64,000 nt of DNA from Moniliella sp. 'wahieum' (taxonomy: Eukaryota). Position numbers and translations under genes: made by a program. The notes below the pieces were generated by a model. The model searched no databases, was not told the origin of the DNA, and saw only the letters and a program-made list of their open reading frames with translations. This document shows, piece by piece, positions 62,239 to 64,000 of the stretch; position 1 is the first letter of the stretch; each line of letters starts with the position of its first letter. The DNA lies in the NCBI GenBank assembly GCA_003971905.1, contig RSEE01000040.1, positions 1 to 64,000 of the forward strand, written 5' to 3'.

Positions 62239-63717
62239 GCACAAGCTCGTTCCCTGATAGGCCACCACTGTGTCTGACATGGAGGGCTTGCCTACTATGC
62301 GAGAATTCGGTTTTCTATGAGGATAGCATGCCTTTATTTCTGCCAGCGTGCTGCTGCTTTTTAAGAAGGCAGTGGATCAGTTTTATCAGATGGCATATCG
62401 ATAGTATATGATGTCTACAGAATCAACACTGCTCCACTTTTTTCTGTAGAGAAGCACTTCGCATGCCAGGCTCGCTCATTCGGCGCTGCTGCTAATTCGT
62501 GCCAACTCAATGAGAAGCCAGTGGAGTCACCGCGGTAGATCGAACCCCCTGTGGTTCCCCCATTCGCATCCAAATTGAATGTAGCGCGAGAGGATACGAA
62601 CGCGTGGTAGACGAGAGAATCGATGAATATCCAATGAGACTCCGCAGTAAGGCATTTTGCAATGCCGAAACATCTTGTTGGCCGTCTTTTTGGTGGCACG
62701 ATAATACCCGCCGTCGTCATAACCAAGGAAGGACAGCTCCTGAAGTATACTTTTAGCGTTTTGTCACATTCCGCTTGCTCCAAAACAGTCCGAGCAACTC
62801 CTTTTCCCGGCGTTCCCCGGAGTTTCGCGGTTCCTCAAAAGTACCCCCTTTCCGTGGGCAATTACTGCATCGGCCCCGAATCCCTAAAGTGTGGTCCCCC
62901 CCTCTTCCCAACCCTCGGCAAGTTCCTGTGGCCCTGTCACTATAGTTCACCGGGCAATCCATGTGCCGGCCTTCCTCCCACGCTGCGTCGTGTCTTGTTT
63001 CCATCAGATGCGTTTTGCACACCCCATGGCTTGAGGGACTGTAGAATCTGTTTGGGGCGGCAACATATCCACCGAAGTCATGTGCCAACGTTCAACGTTT
63101 TCAACACGTTCAACATGTCATCCACCGGCCTATTCGAAGGTCTCCCTCCACGGAGGCCAATCATTAATCATCATTACTTGTCCTCGGCCTCACATGCGGC
63201 TGCATGATAGTGGGCACAAGTGCTGCTGCGCAAACGCGAAGAGGTGACCGGTGATCGATGAGAACGGAGATCTGTGAGATCGGGATCGATGAGCAGATGA
63301 GCTAATCAGCGTGAGGCCTGAGTGCCTGAGCGATGGCTCATCGGCTGAGCGAGAACCGGGGGCCTCGGGCCGGTGAAGCGTTCGTTTCCTCTGCTCCTCA
63401 TGTCATGGATGAGGCTGAAGCGGCGCTGAAGCTTGAAGCTTGAAAAAAATCAGATTATCGAAGATCGATGAGAGAAGCTTTTGCAACCGGAAGGGGGGGA
63501 CAGATGGATTTGGTGGTGCGCAAAAGTTGTAGGTGGCCCTGGCAAGGTAATAAATCAAAGCAGAGGCCTCCCCACCGCGGGCCGGAGGGGGACAGGTAGG
63601 CGGGAATGGTCGGTAGCCTGTAGGGTGGCGGTGTAGGGTGTACGACTGTACTTTCGCAGTCGCAATGCCATGATTGAATGTCATGGCGGGGGCACTGGGG
63701 CACTGCTGGCACGGAGG

Positions 63718-63750
63718 GGCTGAGCGCTCGGAAGCCCAGAGCGCTCAGCC
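63718..63750. repeat. Perfect 12-bp inverted repeat
   Basis: GGCTGAGCGCTC-ggaagccca-GAGCGCTCAGCC. Confidence 0.7.
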
Positions 63751-64000
63751 TGGGCGTTTAGCCGCTTAGCCGCCGTGGCGGCATCCTCCAGCACTGGCGG
63801 TGTGCCCCTATAGACCTCCGTCTGACCGGCTGACTACTGCCCGCAGGCCGCAGCTGGCGCGCCTCGTGCGGGGGTGGCGGACCACGTGGGGGGGGCGTCC
63901 GGGCGAGCCAGTGACGAGCCGGAGCACCTGCGACGGAGCCTGGGGGCAGTGTGCCCGCGTCGCTTCCGCTTGGTGCATGCGGCTGATCGCTACGGATCGG

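Noticed and set aside
62415..63207. Short ORFs including a GKGVAR GNAT-like word
   Set aside because: The similarity is too short to support a call.

Overview
GC-rich, gene-dense eukaryotic DNA. Short GT..CTRAC..YAG introns and the gene content point to a basidiomycete fungus, possibly Ustilaginomycotina (inference). Almost every gene carries frameshifting indels that look like long-read assembly errors, so gene models are stitched across ORF frames and some ends are approximate. Recognisable genes are CAT2, ASF1, a twin-CX9C protein, YTM1, ASK1, TIM44, PAN3, a Ctr copper transporter, an F-BAR RhoGAP, tRNA-Ala(AGC), a GH15 glucoamylase, MIC10, TOM22, CK2 alpha, MCM5, a DHHC palmitoyltransferase, an RSC4-like protein, a metacaspase, UPRT and a PNPOx-like protein. 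Most notable: (1) a RluA/Rib2-type pseudouridine synthase running in frame into a THUMP-like plus SAM methyltransferase module, a candidate bifunctional RNA-modifying enzyme; (2) several intergenic gene relics (VTI1-like SNARE, acyl-CoA dehydrogenase, and two decayed paralogous copies of an unknown gene); (3) a metacaspase with an altered specificity pocket; (4) recurrent non-coding motifs. All assignments come from motif recognition by eye; no database searches were run.
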